Shown here: positions 29,477 through 42,700 of the stretch, piece by piece
Layout: each line of letters starts with the position of its first letter
How positions within the stretch are numbered: position 1 is the stretch's first letter
Assembly: GCA_023213395.1 (NCBI GenBank)
Contig: CM041465.1
Location: forward strand, 141,801,741 to 141,865,740
Direction of reading: 5' to 3'
DNA length: 64,000 bases
From: Cycas panzhihuaensis
Lineage: Eukaryota > Plantae > Cycadophyta
Notes under the pieces: generated by a model
Databases searched by the model: none
The model's input: the letters and a program-made list of their open reading frames with translations, nothing else
What the model was told of the DNA's origin: nothing
Translations under genes and position numbers: made by a program

Positions 29477-29957
29477 TGAAGGAGCCAAACCAAGCTCTGA
29501 TACCAAATGTAGGAGTAGATGTAGGCCCAAATAGCTCTGATACTAAATGAAGGAGCCAAACTAAGCTTTGATACCAGATGTAGGAAAATAATCGATGGAG
29601 AACAGGGCAGAACATAAACACAACATCAATACATTGTTGCATAAACACAATAATCCTTTGTATTCAATCCATCTTTGAGAGAGAGCATTACAAATGTCCA
29701 AAAGTAGGTAGTATCTAAAGACACACAGTTGCACATCCCTCTAAATTTATAATTTGGGGGAGGATGGAAACTCCTCAACCCCTAAAATTTAAATAATAAT
29801 AAAATATTACAAACTTAACTCAAATTAAATCAAATCAACTCAACTTTACCTTATACTTACCTTCACATGTGAGCACCCACATGTGTAAATTGGTGAGAGT
29901 GAGGTGTATAGTCCTGGTTGAAAGGTGGGAGTGGGGTGATGGTCATTAATTCCAACA
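29477..29957 (-). mobile_element. Solo LTR (family B) whose U5 end is extended by three tandem PBS-containing units
   Basis: Core 29579-29957 is the reverse complement of a relative of LTR 39401-39792. PBS copies at 29494-29505, 29534-29545 and 29565-29576. The unit ends TG..CA with TSD TCTAT at 29472-29476 and 29958-29962. Confidence 0.88.
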
Positions 29958-32900
29958 TCTATTATAATATATTTTGTCTCAAGGGTTGAATCTATAGGGG
30001 TTCCCATAGCCTTGTTAATTCATCCATTTATTTTTATAACTCTTCATGACATAATTAGATTCTTTGATTCTCCTACTTATATTCTTGTAGTTGAAGGTGT
30101 ACTTGTTAAACCTTATTCCTAACTACTTTACTAGTAGTTTAGGTTTGCTAACTCCATAAGAGTGGTATTTGTTAAACAAAAGTCATGAGATTGTATTGGT
30201 TTTCCTTCCTTCACTATATCCATATGCAATTATTGAGATTCCTTTTACTAGAAATAAATTATCCTTCCACCAATCTTGTCTCTTACTTGATGTAGGCTAA
30301 TTTATATTTTTTCCTCTTATTTCTTTGCTTCTTAACCCAATAATCTATAAAAAAATATCAATTCTTTACCAGGAACTATTACTTCTATTGAGCTATCTTG
30401 ACTATTTATCTATATTATCATAGGTTCTATCATTCCTACTTCTTCTCCTTATTCCTCAAACAATATACTTTATATTGTAGTATATGGCTATTGAATATCT
30501 TCACTTCCTATAAGCCTCTCAATAATTTATACATCCTCTCTTAATGATTTTTGTATAAGATGACTATGTATAAGTCTAGTTGTTTTACTTACAACTGGGG
30601 TTTCTATAAGTACATTTAGGGCTTGTGTCTCCTAGAATATATATTCTACCATTCTTTATAGGTATTACTCAAATTGAGAATTAATGTTTTCTATATTGGC
30701 ATCTTATAAGGAAAGCTAGTTATAAGTATTATTTATACTAAAATAAATCTCTTTACATATACTAACTTCAGTGATTTATAAGATATCACTAGTTCTTTGG
30801 GGCTCTTCCTTCATTATTTGTTGTGGTTGTGGAACTTGTTGAGCTGGTTCGATTGCCCTTAAAATAGAGGGAGGTTTATATATAGTTTATAGAAAAGGGA
30901 CTTATCTTTATGGCTATTATCCAAGTTCTATAATCTTAACACTTATTAAACCCCATATCTTAGTACCTTTATGATCTTTCTTATTTAGTTATTTAATCAT
31001 AATATCTTTTCAGTTATTCTTTCCAAGATTTACCTTATATGCATATTGTTAGTCTCTTCCATGTCTTATGAATTCATATTAGTTATATCTTCACCTCCCA
31101 TTCCTTGATTCCTAAACTATCCTAGCCATCCAAAAAGTGTTTTTTTTTAAGGAGTCATGCCTAATCTTTTCAAATAAACTCCTATAAATACATTAGGATG
31201 ATAGTATCTTTCTTTTGAATGTTTAATACCTAACATCATGATCCCATTCCCTAGGATTATTATGTCAGCCTATTTGTCCACCTTCTATTGGATAATTTCT
31301 ATAGCTTGGTTCTAGAGAGGTGATATTTTAACTTGATTTAACTTGTCTCTTATTACTATCAATTACTTATAAATCCCTAAAAGGCAAACCTTATTTTGTG
31401 GGTACTTGGTCATAGAGATGCATATCCCTAATAGCCATTGGGTCAAATGGTACAATGGTTTTTAAAAAAGTAATAATTTCAAAACTTGATATTATTATGA
31501 CTTCCTATCTACTACTAAGCCTCTTTCTTAATACTCTATGGCTCTCCTAGGGTTGATTGGATAGAAGAAAAGAATCTATTTACTATGGTGGTGTAATATA
31601 AAACCTAGTTCATTTTCCATATTAGTATAAACAAAAAGTAAATTAGAATTCTAGGAAAAAACTTTTATATGATTGGTTTGAAAATAGGTCTAAGGTTTAT
31701 TAACCCAAGAATGGCATAAATTAGGTTGGTAATTATATAAAACTCACATCCCTTTTTCACTCTTACCAACTACTAAATAATAACTTGATTAATTACAGTA
31801 GATTGATATAGTACAATTCTCTTTTATACCACTGAATAAATTATATAGGCATAGTTAATGTTTATTTTCATGTCATCTTTTTTTATTAATAACTTTGGTA
31901 ATAACATTACCCACCTTTGAAAGCTTTCTTGTAATTTATCTATGGGTATGGTATGTTTCACACCTTTCTTAGGAGGAATATATATCTAGCTTGTCATTGC
32001 TTGTGTTAATTTATTATTCATCTTTACTCCCTTCTCTAAGGACCAAAACCCTATAATAACTTCTCTAAGAATTAATTTAAAAATTATCATAAAATTTTGC
32101 AGGCTAAGATCACCTAAGGGATGACCTTGTGGGGGTGAAACAACCATAGTGTTGGGGTTAAAATATTCAACATAAATATGAATTATCGCTTGACATGGAT
32201 GTTAGACTTAGAAATGCAATAATTACATAAAACCCTAATGGTGAGTAAATGATAAATAATAAAGTATAAAATGATGATGTACAACAATAAACTCAATGTA
32301 TGGAGAATTGGTCAAAACTCAATTATGAACAATGAAGAGTACATACTTATAATACAAGCTCACCACTAGTGAGAGAACCCTATTGGTCTACTTAGAGGTG
32401 GCACACATATCAAGGTGGCCTACAACTTTAATATAAAATACAAGAAATAAAGAGAGTTTACATAATGTTAATGTAATTGGATATTACACCTAACATTCAC
32501 CCCCTATAATAGTCAATTACATAAATGTCATTACATCGATGATAAGCTTAAGTCTTCAAAAGTCTGCTAGATCACAAATGCTGCTACATAAAATAAAATA
32601 ACTACTGAAGTCCATATGAAATGGAGTCCATCTACCAGAATGCATGGGTTATCAGTTACTACAACTGCCAGTTGGGTAGGAACTCCCTTTGTATACGTGG
32701 ATCAAACATGAGCTAGCAAGAGTAGCTAAATAATGTCTCGCCCCTTGCTCATATGGGAGTGCAAGCAGAAAAATATATAAGAAGCATATGGCAGGCAATA
32801 ATAGCTTGTAAAAGTGTGTCATACCTCTTGCTCAATAGGACTAGCACTTCTCTGGCATCTAATGGCTAGAAATACAATGACATTATGGCCTTAAACATGC

Positions 32901-34028
32901 CACATGGGCTAAAAGACACCTCATTAGGCTAACAACTTACCACCATGGGTAAAATAACCAATATTAGAAGTTTTTACATGACTAAAAAATAATATGTGAC
33001 TTGTGTAGAACATATGACTCTCTCTCATAAATGAAGTGCAAGATGATCACAATGGTTTCTTCAAGAGCCAAAAAATAAGACCATGGTAGATGTCATCCCC
33101 CCAATTTGGGGTATATTATATCAAGAAGTCTTGAAAATGTAATATGTACCTATAGAATCCAAGAAACTATGAAGGAAAGTAAGAACTTATGACTTTGAAC
33201 TAAAAATTTTATATGAAAACAACTCCAAAATATATCAAATCACCTACCAAATTAGAGGTCTCTCTATTATGGACCTAACACAAAAGATGATATTGAAAAA
33301 GGACCTCCCAATCTTAAGATATAGCAAAAAAGGTGACCAGTACTCTATAAAATAATAAAATTGGGGACTAATCCCTTATATGAACTGGCTACTGGTCATA
33401 TTAAACCTCCATAGGACCTGGTGTTGACAACAAAGGGGGCTAAAAAGATCCAAAATATTATCCAATATAGTTAAATCAAGCATTTAAATGCAAAAAAATA
33501 TGATCCCTTTTTTAATAAAATTAGGTCTTGCATTCAAACATATTAGCTGCCAAATTATAATATACGTCAAAATAAGTATTATAATCCTAAAATATTAGGG
33601 TTCCGCTAGAAATAATTTGATCCTCCACCATTAAGGACACCATTACAGAGGATGTTTGTAGGTTTCCATTCTTCTGCTAGCACCACGAATGTGAAAGAGG
33701 CAACTCCCGTAATCTCCTCGTTTTTCACTACTACTGATCAATAAAGATGAAACCTGCCATTGAGTTTGTATCACCATGGGTCATGTTTGTAGGTCTGCGA
33801 GTGGAGGGGTGACCACCATTGAAGTAAGCTCTAAATTCTCTTTGAAGTTTGATTGGACCTCCATCGTCTTCACCTCTATCTTCTTCCTTTAGAGTAAGAG
33901 CTACTCTCTCAAGGGCAGTGCCGTAGATGGAGTTGCAGATGCAGGTGTCACCATTATTGAATTTGTGAGTTACAAGCAAGCACCATGATGTATAACAAGT
34001 CTTTGGCATTACCATGGATGAAATGCAG

Positions 34029-34079
34029 GGCTGCCGTCTGTGTGGTGTTTATGCCATGGCCATTTGAATCACGAGATCT
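34029..34079 (-). pseudogene. ~50-bp captured fragment of a subtilisin-like serine protease (catalytic His motif)
   Basis: Translates RSRDSNGHGINTTQTAA, compared with the plant subtilase consensus SPRDxxGHGTHTASTAA; fused directly to the end of the YIF1 fragment. Confidence 0.65.
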
Positions 34080-34747
34080 GCCATATAGAGGCTTGTTTAG
34101 AGCATCACAACAAAATAAGAGTAACTCTAGAGAATGTGTGCCAAAACTAAAAGAGTTATGCCAACAAATACATAATCCCCATATGAAACGATATCCAAAA
34201 TTAGTGTTTCACCATCGCCAAGTGCATATAGGGAGAACTGTAGCAACAACACTTGTGCGAACTAACCAAGGAGACCCTTTGAGAACTTGATACTTAATGC
34301 CCCCAGACTAAAGTTTCCAAGTAGACCTAATGTGATCCCAAAAAGGACAACATAGGTTCCAAATGCCATGAAAGCAATATATAAACTAGGATCATTTATG
34401 TCATATATAGGTGGCTTATATGTTATATAACCTGTAAACTGATCAGATATCCTTGTCCAATGCCCCCTGTGCAAAAAGGGAAGTGGGATTACTTTCAATT
34501 TATTCTTCACATATTGCTCATTCACTTGGAAGTAATATTGTAGATCAAAGAAATATTTGTTGATATTGCTTTGCATATATTCTATACCAGTTCCAAAATT
34601 TCTTTTCCTATAGGCACCTAATCCACTTCGAATGAAGCCTAAACCTGCCTCATGAAACATATTATTAAATGTATCTGATGATATGTTAGCCAATGGTTTT
34701 TTGACACTAGAGTGGGCTCCAAACTCCTCAAACATTCTAGGTTCCAT
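34080..34747 (-). pseudogene. YIF1: Captured intron-less YIF1/HRF1-family ER-Golgi membrane protein cDNA (~220 codons, several Trp-to-stop changes)
   Basis: GLGAY..GxEYMQSNINKYF.DLQYYFQVNEQYVKNKLKVI..PFLHRGHWTRI..YKPPIYDINDP.LYI.FMAFGTY. Continues past the stop as *FAQVLLLQFSLYALGDGE..ILDIVSYGDYVF...SLYMA. Confidence 0.92.
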
Positions 34748-36607
34748 GTTTCCTGCACCTATACTCCTCTTGCTCCTTGGAGTTCTCTCCCAATATTGCC
34801 AACCGTAAAACTTCTTTGCCTTTCTTTGCACAACCTTCTCTCCATAGATCTGATATATTCAATTACTCACTAATAAATAGATTTGGCAGACCCCTTTTTT
34901 TTTCATTTTTTTTTGAACAAATATACAAGAATATTCAAGTTTCTTTACTTATGTTATTTAGCCTTTGCTCTCTAAGAGTTTTCATTGAAAAAAAAGGATC
35001 AAAATCTGTGCTTGGATAAATTTTGATCAATTTGGAGGCTACTTATATAAATTAATCACTCCCCAACTAATCATATTTATTGAATTCAAATCCCATGTTA
35101 TTTCTGACATCTCATAATTATATAAATGATTGCATTCAATTTGGGGCATTGGTTGAATATTTTTAAAAATGTGAAAAGAAACAATATGTGATAATTTAGT
35201 GATGGGTTCCACTACTTTTTATAATCCTTCTTATAAATTCTAAATTATTTATTTCTCAAATTGTTGCCTTGTACCCTAGGCCTTGAGTCAAGTATTTCAT
35301 AATTTTCACACTATATTTTTGTATTGTTTTAATTAATTTTTAGTTATTTTATGTATTTTTTTGTTAAAAAATATTAGTGAAGGAAGTATAATGGGTTCTA
35401 TTATAGAAAATTATTTAGTCTTAAAAATTATATTCCCTAGAAGTAATATATATTTGCTTTATTTTATTTGAATGATCTTTGGAAGCATCATATTGAACAT
35501 CAAAGCCACTTCTACACTAAAGAAAGTATGGCATATAGTAGTCAATCTATTTGAATATAAGGATGATGTAAAAGCCTTAAACCTGCAAAGTCAACTTTAT
35601 AGTTTGAAGATGACAAGTACTATGTTAAAATACATGTGATATATTAGATTACTATAGGACCAAGTAATGACAATAGGCAATATCATACCTAATTCAAAGA
35701 TCATTGTCTACATTTTAAGAAGCCTACCACTTTAGTATAAGAATTTTACCATTACATTGGCACTCTTAAATAAATTATCCACTCTGATAATTGGTTCTTT
35801 GGAATCCATGCTTATGGAACATAAGCAAAAATTTAAGGATATATATGATGAAATATTTGGATCATTAGCATCTAGATCAAAGAGTAAAAAGAGTTATATT
35901 CCAAAGAATAACACACCTTTTAAACCAACAATTAAAAAGGATAAACTAAGAGGATCATATGAATAACACATGCCAAAATGATATCATTATAAAAAGTTTA
36001 GATACATAAAGAAGGATTGTTGAGAATAGTAATGAAAATAGTGTTTTTAATAGCCTCAATAGTAATCCTAACAATAGAAGTAGTGACAATACTAATTGTA
36101 TCTATTTGATTAATGTGGTCTTATGATAAATATAATATAGAATAGTCCTTCTAAGATTATAATGAGACTATTTATTATTTTATACAAGGTGAGGTCTAAT
36201 ACATAAGAAGTTTAGCTTATTGATTTATTTGTATCGACACATATGAGTAGCAAATTAAAATGGTTTTATTAAATGTGGTAGGTGAATTAGAAGATTATGT
36301 TGGGGATGTTGGGGTTAATACTCATCACCCCACTTCCACCTTCCAACCAGGAGTGTACACCTCGCTTTCATTAATTTACAAATGTGGGTGCTCACATGTG
36401 TAGGTAAGTATAAGGTAAGGTTGATTTGATTTAAGTTAATTTGAGTTAAGTTCATTTGAGTTAAGTTATTATTTTATTATTATTTACATTTTAGGGGTTG
36501 AGGAGTTTCCCTCCTCCCTCAAACTATATATTTTGAGGGGTGCAATTTTGCTTTGCACACTTATAGATACTATAAAGGTGATCCCTTGTCTTTATAAGGG
36601 CCTCATA

Positions 36608-36715
36608 AAAAAAAAATCCCAAGTATTTAAACCTTTCTCCTTCATTCTGTTCACCTGACCGAGACATTACTGAGGATCCTGTTTGATCCTATACGACCTC
36701 TGAACCCTGTTCTGC
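36608..36715 (-). pseudogene. Captured N-terminal fragment of REF/SRPP (LDAP) lipid-droplet protein
   Basis: AEQGSEVV*DQTGSSVMSRSGEQNEGERFKYLGF, compared with the family N-terminal motif (M)AE...EERLKYLxFV. Confidence 0.6.
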
Positions 36716-36850
36716 GAATGTGACGAAGTTTGTACCAAGCCAACAATGACCATTCCTCTGCCATAGGTTTGTACTTATTATACAAGCTCTTGGCCTGAGG
36801 CTCTGACTTAGTATACAAATTCTTTGCTACATCCTTAGCCTTCTCCTCAA

Positions 36851-36854
<4 letters not shown>
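36716..36854 (-). pseudogene. Captured internal fragment of REF/SRPP (LDAP) lipid-droplet protein
   Basis: GVEEKAKDVAKNLYTKSEPQAKSLYNKYKPMAEEWSLLAWYKLRH, matching the family motif AKxxYxKxEPxAKxLYxKYEPxAE...AWxKL. Confidence 0.82.
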
Positions 36855-37337
<483 letters not shown>

Positions 37338-38672
37338 CTACGATTATCCATTGTATATCATCTACATACTCCTCTGTGTGACAGGCAAAGTGGCGGCGAC
37401 AACGCCACGATTAATTCATTTTTTTTAAAAATATTTTTTATTTTTTATTTTTTTAATAAAGATTTTAAAAAACTAAATTAAATTGTATAATGTTTTAAAT
37501 CCAGGGTTAAAAGGGGTATAAACCCCATTAAAACATTAGCCCCCTAGTCACATTCCCTACACGTGACCATTAGTTCCTTTTAAAATGGGCTAACATAACC
37601 TTTATTATATTTTTTCCTTTTATTTATTTTTATTTTTTATTTTACATAAGGTACATGAAAAAGTTTTGCTGTAACTTTTCACTGGATCATCAATTTTTGA
37701 TGAAACCTATCTCATTGCGTCTAAAATTTTTTGGAGCTGATTTGACCCATTTTTAGTTAATTTAAAGTCAATCAGTGATTTTCAGAGCTTTTTTAAACTT
37801 TTTTATAAAATCATTTTTTTAACAAATTATATTTTATCACTGAGAGATTATTTTTTAACCGGATCTATTCTATAGTTATTTATTATCAACAAACTTCATC
37901 ACCATTGATTTATTTTATTTTTTAGGATTTATTTTAATCATTATTTTAATCATTGAAAGTCACACTTTAGTATTTTTTAAACATTTTACCATAAAAGTAC
38001 TTATTGGTAATTTTATTATAACTTTTCTGTTTTACATCAGAATTCAGATCTGTTAGTTTCGTTGGGAAATTGGCTCACTCCTCTTCGAATTGACACTATT
38101 TTTTATAAGTTTTAAAGTGGTTTTACTAATTTTCAAATCCATCAAAATCAAGGTACTTAATAGTCTCTAATCTGCCATTACTACACATTTTGTATATATT
38201 TATTTTTAAATTTTCAATTGAAAAGTATATTGAGTAGCATTCTAAACTATAATTGATCATTTTACAGTATTCTATAAATATTTTACTAGAATTTTTAAAT
38301 ATTTTAAGCACCAGGCTCTTGTTAAGCCTTAAAATGAGGTCTATACATTTGGTTCATCAAAATATTGACTTGTAGGAACCCGTTTTCAAAGCGGTCAGTT
38401 CCATTGAATAGTTTTTTCATTGATCTCCATATTGGTATAATATCATATTATTCTGTCATTGTTTAGTATAACTTTGAAGCTGCTAAACTTGAACATTCAA
38501 GTATATCCTAACAGGCTTATCTTCTAACCTTTTAAAATTTTCTTATAAACTCATTATATTTTTAAATTTTATCTAAAATTATATCTTATAAGTTTGTCAT
38601 ATTTGTTGATTTATTGAGTTTTTTTTACTTGGTAAAGGCATATTCCTGTTATGTACTAAAGTTTTCTAAAAA

Positions 38673-39320
38673 ATGGCAATCAATCTTAATAAAGTATAAT
38701 TTCTTATTTTTGATGGCTATAATTTTTCACTATGGCATAAAAAAATGCAATATTATTTTATTACACATAATCTTTTGAAATACTTACAAGATGAGTATGA
38801 TGTTAATATTATGGAAAACATTAAAAAAGATAATGAAGCATTAGGTTTACTATTTTGCACTATAGATGATGATGTATTTTCTAAAGTTTATGAACTAACA
38901 ACTTCTAAATTTGTGTGGGATATTTTAATTTCTACTTATAGGGGAGATACCCTCAATGAATTTAACATTGATTTTATTGAGCAGGTGAGACAGGTGCCAG
39001 AACAGGTAGATTGTAATGACAAGACCAAGGAAGATTCAAGTCAAATGCATGATCATCTTATTGCACAAGAACTTAATCCTCCATTTAAGGGGAAGAAATA
39101 TGATGATATGATAGTTGCTCATAACATAAAGACTTCAAAAGACAAAGTTCAAGTTCAAAGTTTTCTTAAAGTTTTAGTTGACAAAGTCAAAGTTACGGCC
39201 ATACATCCACATTTGAATCAAGCTTTATTTACTTATAGATTTTTTGTACCACTTGATGGCGAAGATATACACATTGCTAAAAGGATGAGAATAGTTAATA
39301 AAGATCAAGATAAAAGATAA
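38673..39320 (+). pseudogene. Copia-type gag N-terminal region (DUF4219/UBN2-like) of family B element
   Basis: FDGYNFSLWHKKMQYYF...DNEALGLLFCTIDDDVFSKV..LTTSKFVWDILISTY; one internal stop near the start. Confidence 0.8.
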
Positions 39321-39400
39321 AATTTTAAAGTTTATTTCAAGTACAAATTCTACAAGTTTAAAGAGAAGACATTGTTCGTAGTGATTATTAAATAAGAGAA

Positions 39401-39792
39401 TGTTGGGATTAATGCTCATCACCCCACTCCCACCTTCTAACTAGGAGTGCACACCTCACTCTCATCAATTTACACATGTGGGTGCTCATATGTGTAGGTA
39501 AGTATAAGGTAAGGTTGATTTGATTTAAGTTAATTTGAGTTAAGTTAAGTTATTATTTTATTGTTGTTTGAATTTTAGGGGTTGAGAAGTTTCTCTCCTC
39601 CCCCAAACTATATATTTTGAGGGGTGTGCAACCTTGGTGTCTTTAGATACTACCTTCATTTTGGACATTTATAATACTCTCTTCACAATAATGGATTGAA
39701 TACAAAAGCTCTTGTGTTTATGCAACAGTGATGTATTGATCTATGATTATATATTTATGTTCTGACCTATTCTCTATGATTATTTTCCTACA
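39401..39792 (+). repeat. 3' LTR of family B element
   Basis: TG..CA; homologous to 36307-36572 and to 29579-29957 (reverse complement). Confidence 0.9.
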
Positions 39793-42700
39793 GATTACCA
39801 TTGGGGATGGAACTACTCTAAATGCTATGAGAGTTAGAAAGGTGCCATTTATGATACCAAATAGTAAATAAGAATACTTATAGAATATTTTGTACATGTC
39901 TAATATTAAGGTAAAACTTGTTTTAATGGGTGAAATTAAATAACATAATACAACTATAACATTTGCTTAAGGATATCATTCAGTTTGAGATAAATAAAAT
40001 AAGATTATAGCTAAATGGTTTAGAAATAATAATCTATATAAATTATAAGAATATTTTAAAGCATAAAGAGTATTTCTTACTATAACTCAAAAGTAAAAAT
40101 TATGATATGAATAAATAGGCCATTTAAACTACTAGAGTCTCTAATTGATGCATAAGTTGAAAATGATACATGATATTTTACTAATAACTGTTACAAGTTG
40201 TTTATGTGAACCTTATATTTTTTCAAAATATCATAGAGAGTCATTTCTAAAGAAGAAAGTTTAGAGACCTAGAAAAAAATTAGGATTGGTTCAATTAGAT
40301 ATACTTGTGAACCAATGTCTATTGTATCACTTGGTGGAGTGAGGTATTTCATTACTTATAACATTTCATAAAATATATAAGTTTCTACACTTAGGGAAAA
40401 ATCCCTATCCTTCACTTATTTCAAATAGTTTAGGGAGTTAGTAAAGAATGAAAGTAGACACAAAATAAAGATCCTATGAGTTAACAATAGTGGTGAATAC
40501 GCTTTGAATGAGTTTATTTAATTTTGTAAGGACCATGGAATTAAGAGGTAGTTTGTTACTATCCATATACCTTAGCGAAATAGAATTGTTGAGCAGATGA
40601 ATAGAACTCTAGTTAAAAAACCTAAATTTATAATAAAAGCTAAGAATGTGTTAGAATTTTTATAAGCAAAATCTTTGAACACAACTTTATATCTAATAAA
40701 TAGAATCGCTACAAGGGTTATTAGGAATAAAACACCTAAGGAGGCTTGGTCAAGTAAAAAGCCAGCTATTTATTATTAATGAGATTTGAGTTACAATATA
40801 CATGCATCTTGTAAAAAATAATAAAAGTTAGATAATAAAAACATAAAGTACATCCTTATTGGACATCATAATAAAAGTAAAGCCTACAGAGTGTACAAGT
40901 GATTGATTAAGAAGGTTTATATAATTTGTGATATAATCTCCCTTAAAGATGAATGAATAGATATTAGTTTAATTGATGTTGAGAAGTAGATTGATAAGCC
41001 ACTTGAATGTAGTTCTTTATATGATCTTAATATATTTGAATATGAGTTGTTTAACATTAATGAAGTGGTAGAATTAGAATCCTTTTAGTTTCTAAAATCT
41101 GGATTTGAATCAAAATTAAAGTTATAATCAAGGCTAAATCTAGAGAAAGGTTTTATACCTTCACCTTGATATTCAAAGAAAATATTTCTAAAATAGTATC
41201 TTAAAACTATAGAGGATGCTAAAAGGTTATTACTTGAATATAAGGGAAAATAGAAATAAGAAATGTGACCTTTTGAATAAGTAAACATTTCTCTTATGAC
41301 ACGTGTTAGATGCTAATGAACCATCCATGATTGAAGAAATAATTAAGGAATAGAAATGAAATGGCATTATGGATACTAAAATTTAAGTTATTAGGAGGAA
41401 CCATATATGGGATTTGGTCAAATTACTCACTAGAAATTATATAATTAGTTATAAATGGATCTACATAACTAAGTTTAAATCTAATAGATCTATGAATAAC
41501 TTTAAATCTAGACTTGTACCAAAAGGCTTGAAGTAGTTGAAAGTCATCAACTACCAAGAAACATTTTCTCTTATTATAAAGATAAATACTATTTACCTCA
41601 TTGTGGTGATAGCTTCATAATTTAATTAATAGCTTTACCAAATAGATGTGAAAAATACACTTTAGGATGGAGATTTGGCAGAAGAAAGCTACATGGAGCA
41701 GCCACCTAACATTATGGAAAAAGGTTAAGAGCACTTGGTATGTCAACTTAAAAAGACCTTGTATGGTTTAAAATAGACTTATAAAGCTTGGCATGAAAAG
41801 GTTGATTAATACTTTTTCAAAAACTTATTTGAGAGATCCCCAATTAAGTCAAACCTATATATCAAAGTTGTAAATGATAATGTTTTATTTATGGTATTAT
41901 ACTTTGATGATCTACTAATAATAACTAATGATATTAGACTTAAAAGTAAATTTTAGTTTTTTTTTTAAGATGATAAATCTAGGCATTCTACATCACTTCT
42001 TCAAAGTAGATGTATAATAAAGGCTTGGATGCATCTTCATCTCACAAGTGAAATATAGTTAAAAAATTCTAAAGAAATTCAAAATGATTGATAGAAAACC
42101 TATGCCTAACCTTATAGAAATAGATTCTAAATTGATAGCAAAAGATAATGGAGTATATATTAATCCAATGATATACAAACAACTAGTAGGTAGTCTAATA
42201 TACTTGATTATTACTAGACCTGATATTTCATTTGTAGTTGAAATTATCTCTAGGTTCATAGTAGTGCCAAAACAAAGTTACTCAAAAGTTACAAAAAGGA
42301 TCCTTAAATATTTGAAGAAAACTATTCAATGCGGACTTTAATTTATGCATATTGATAACTTAGAGTTAACATGATTTATAGATTATGATTAGGCTAGATG
42401 CACAAAAAGTAGAAGATCAATTTCTACATACTATTTTAGTTTGTAATTAGCTACCATAAAAAAGTAATTAAATGTTGTTTTGTTATTAATTAAAGTAGAG
42501 TACAAGGATGTAGTTACAACAACTACTAAATCCATTTGGTTATAATATATTCTGGAGGACATGGGACTACATCAATTAGAATTAACTATATTATACTATG
42601 ATAATTGGAATACATTAAAGATTTTAAATAATATTGTGTTCTATACTTACATTAAATACATTGAGTGGACTATGATTTTATTTATAAATTGATTTAAAAT

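Larger units (their letters stand above)
32200..34850 (-). mobile_element. Non-autonomous LTR retroelement (family A, copy 2), 5'-truncated, carrying different cDNA cargo
   Basis: 3' LTR 32200-32495 and PPT 32496-32506 are homologous to 21103-21421. 32496-33604 is colinear with 21414-22503. No 5' LTR or PBS found; right end approximate. Confidence 0.88.

Noticed and set aside
29477-29578. Repeat-spacer pattern resembling a CRISPR array
   Set aside because: Repeats are 12-nt tRNA-iMet PBS copies, two spacers are near-identical, the context is eukaryotic and there are no cas genes.
30000-31600. Minus-strand gypsy gag/protease remnant
   Set aside because: Only hints such as an LFGWLG-like stretch near 31120-31145; too decayed to support boundaries or identity.
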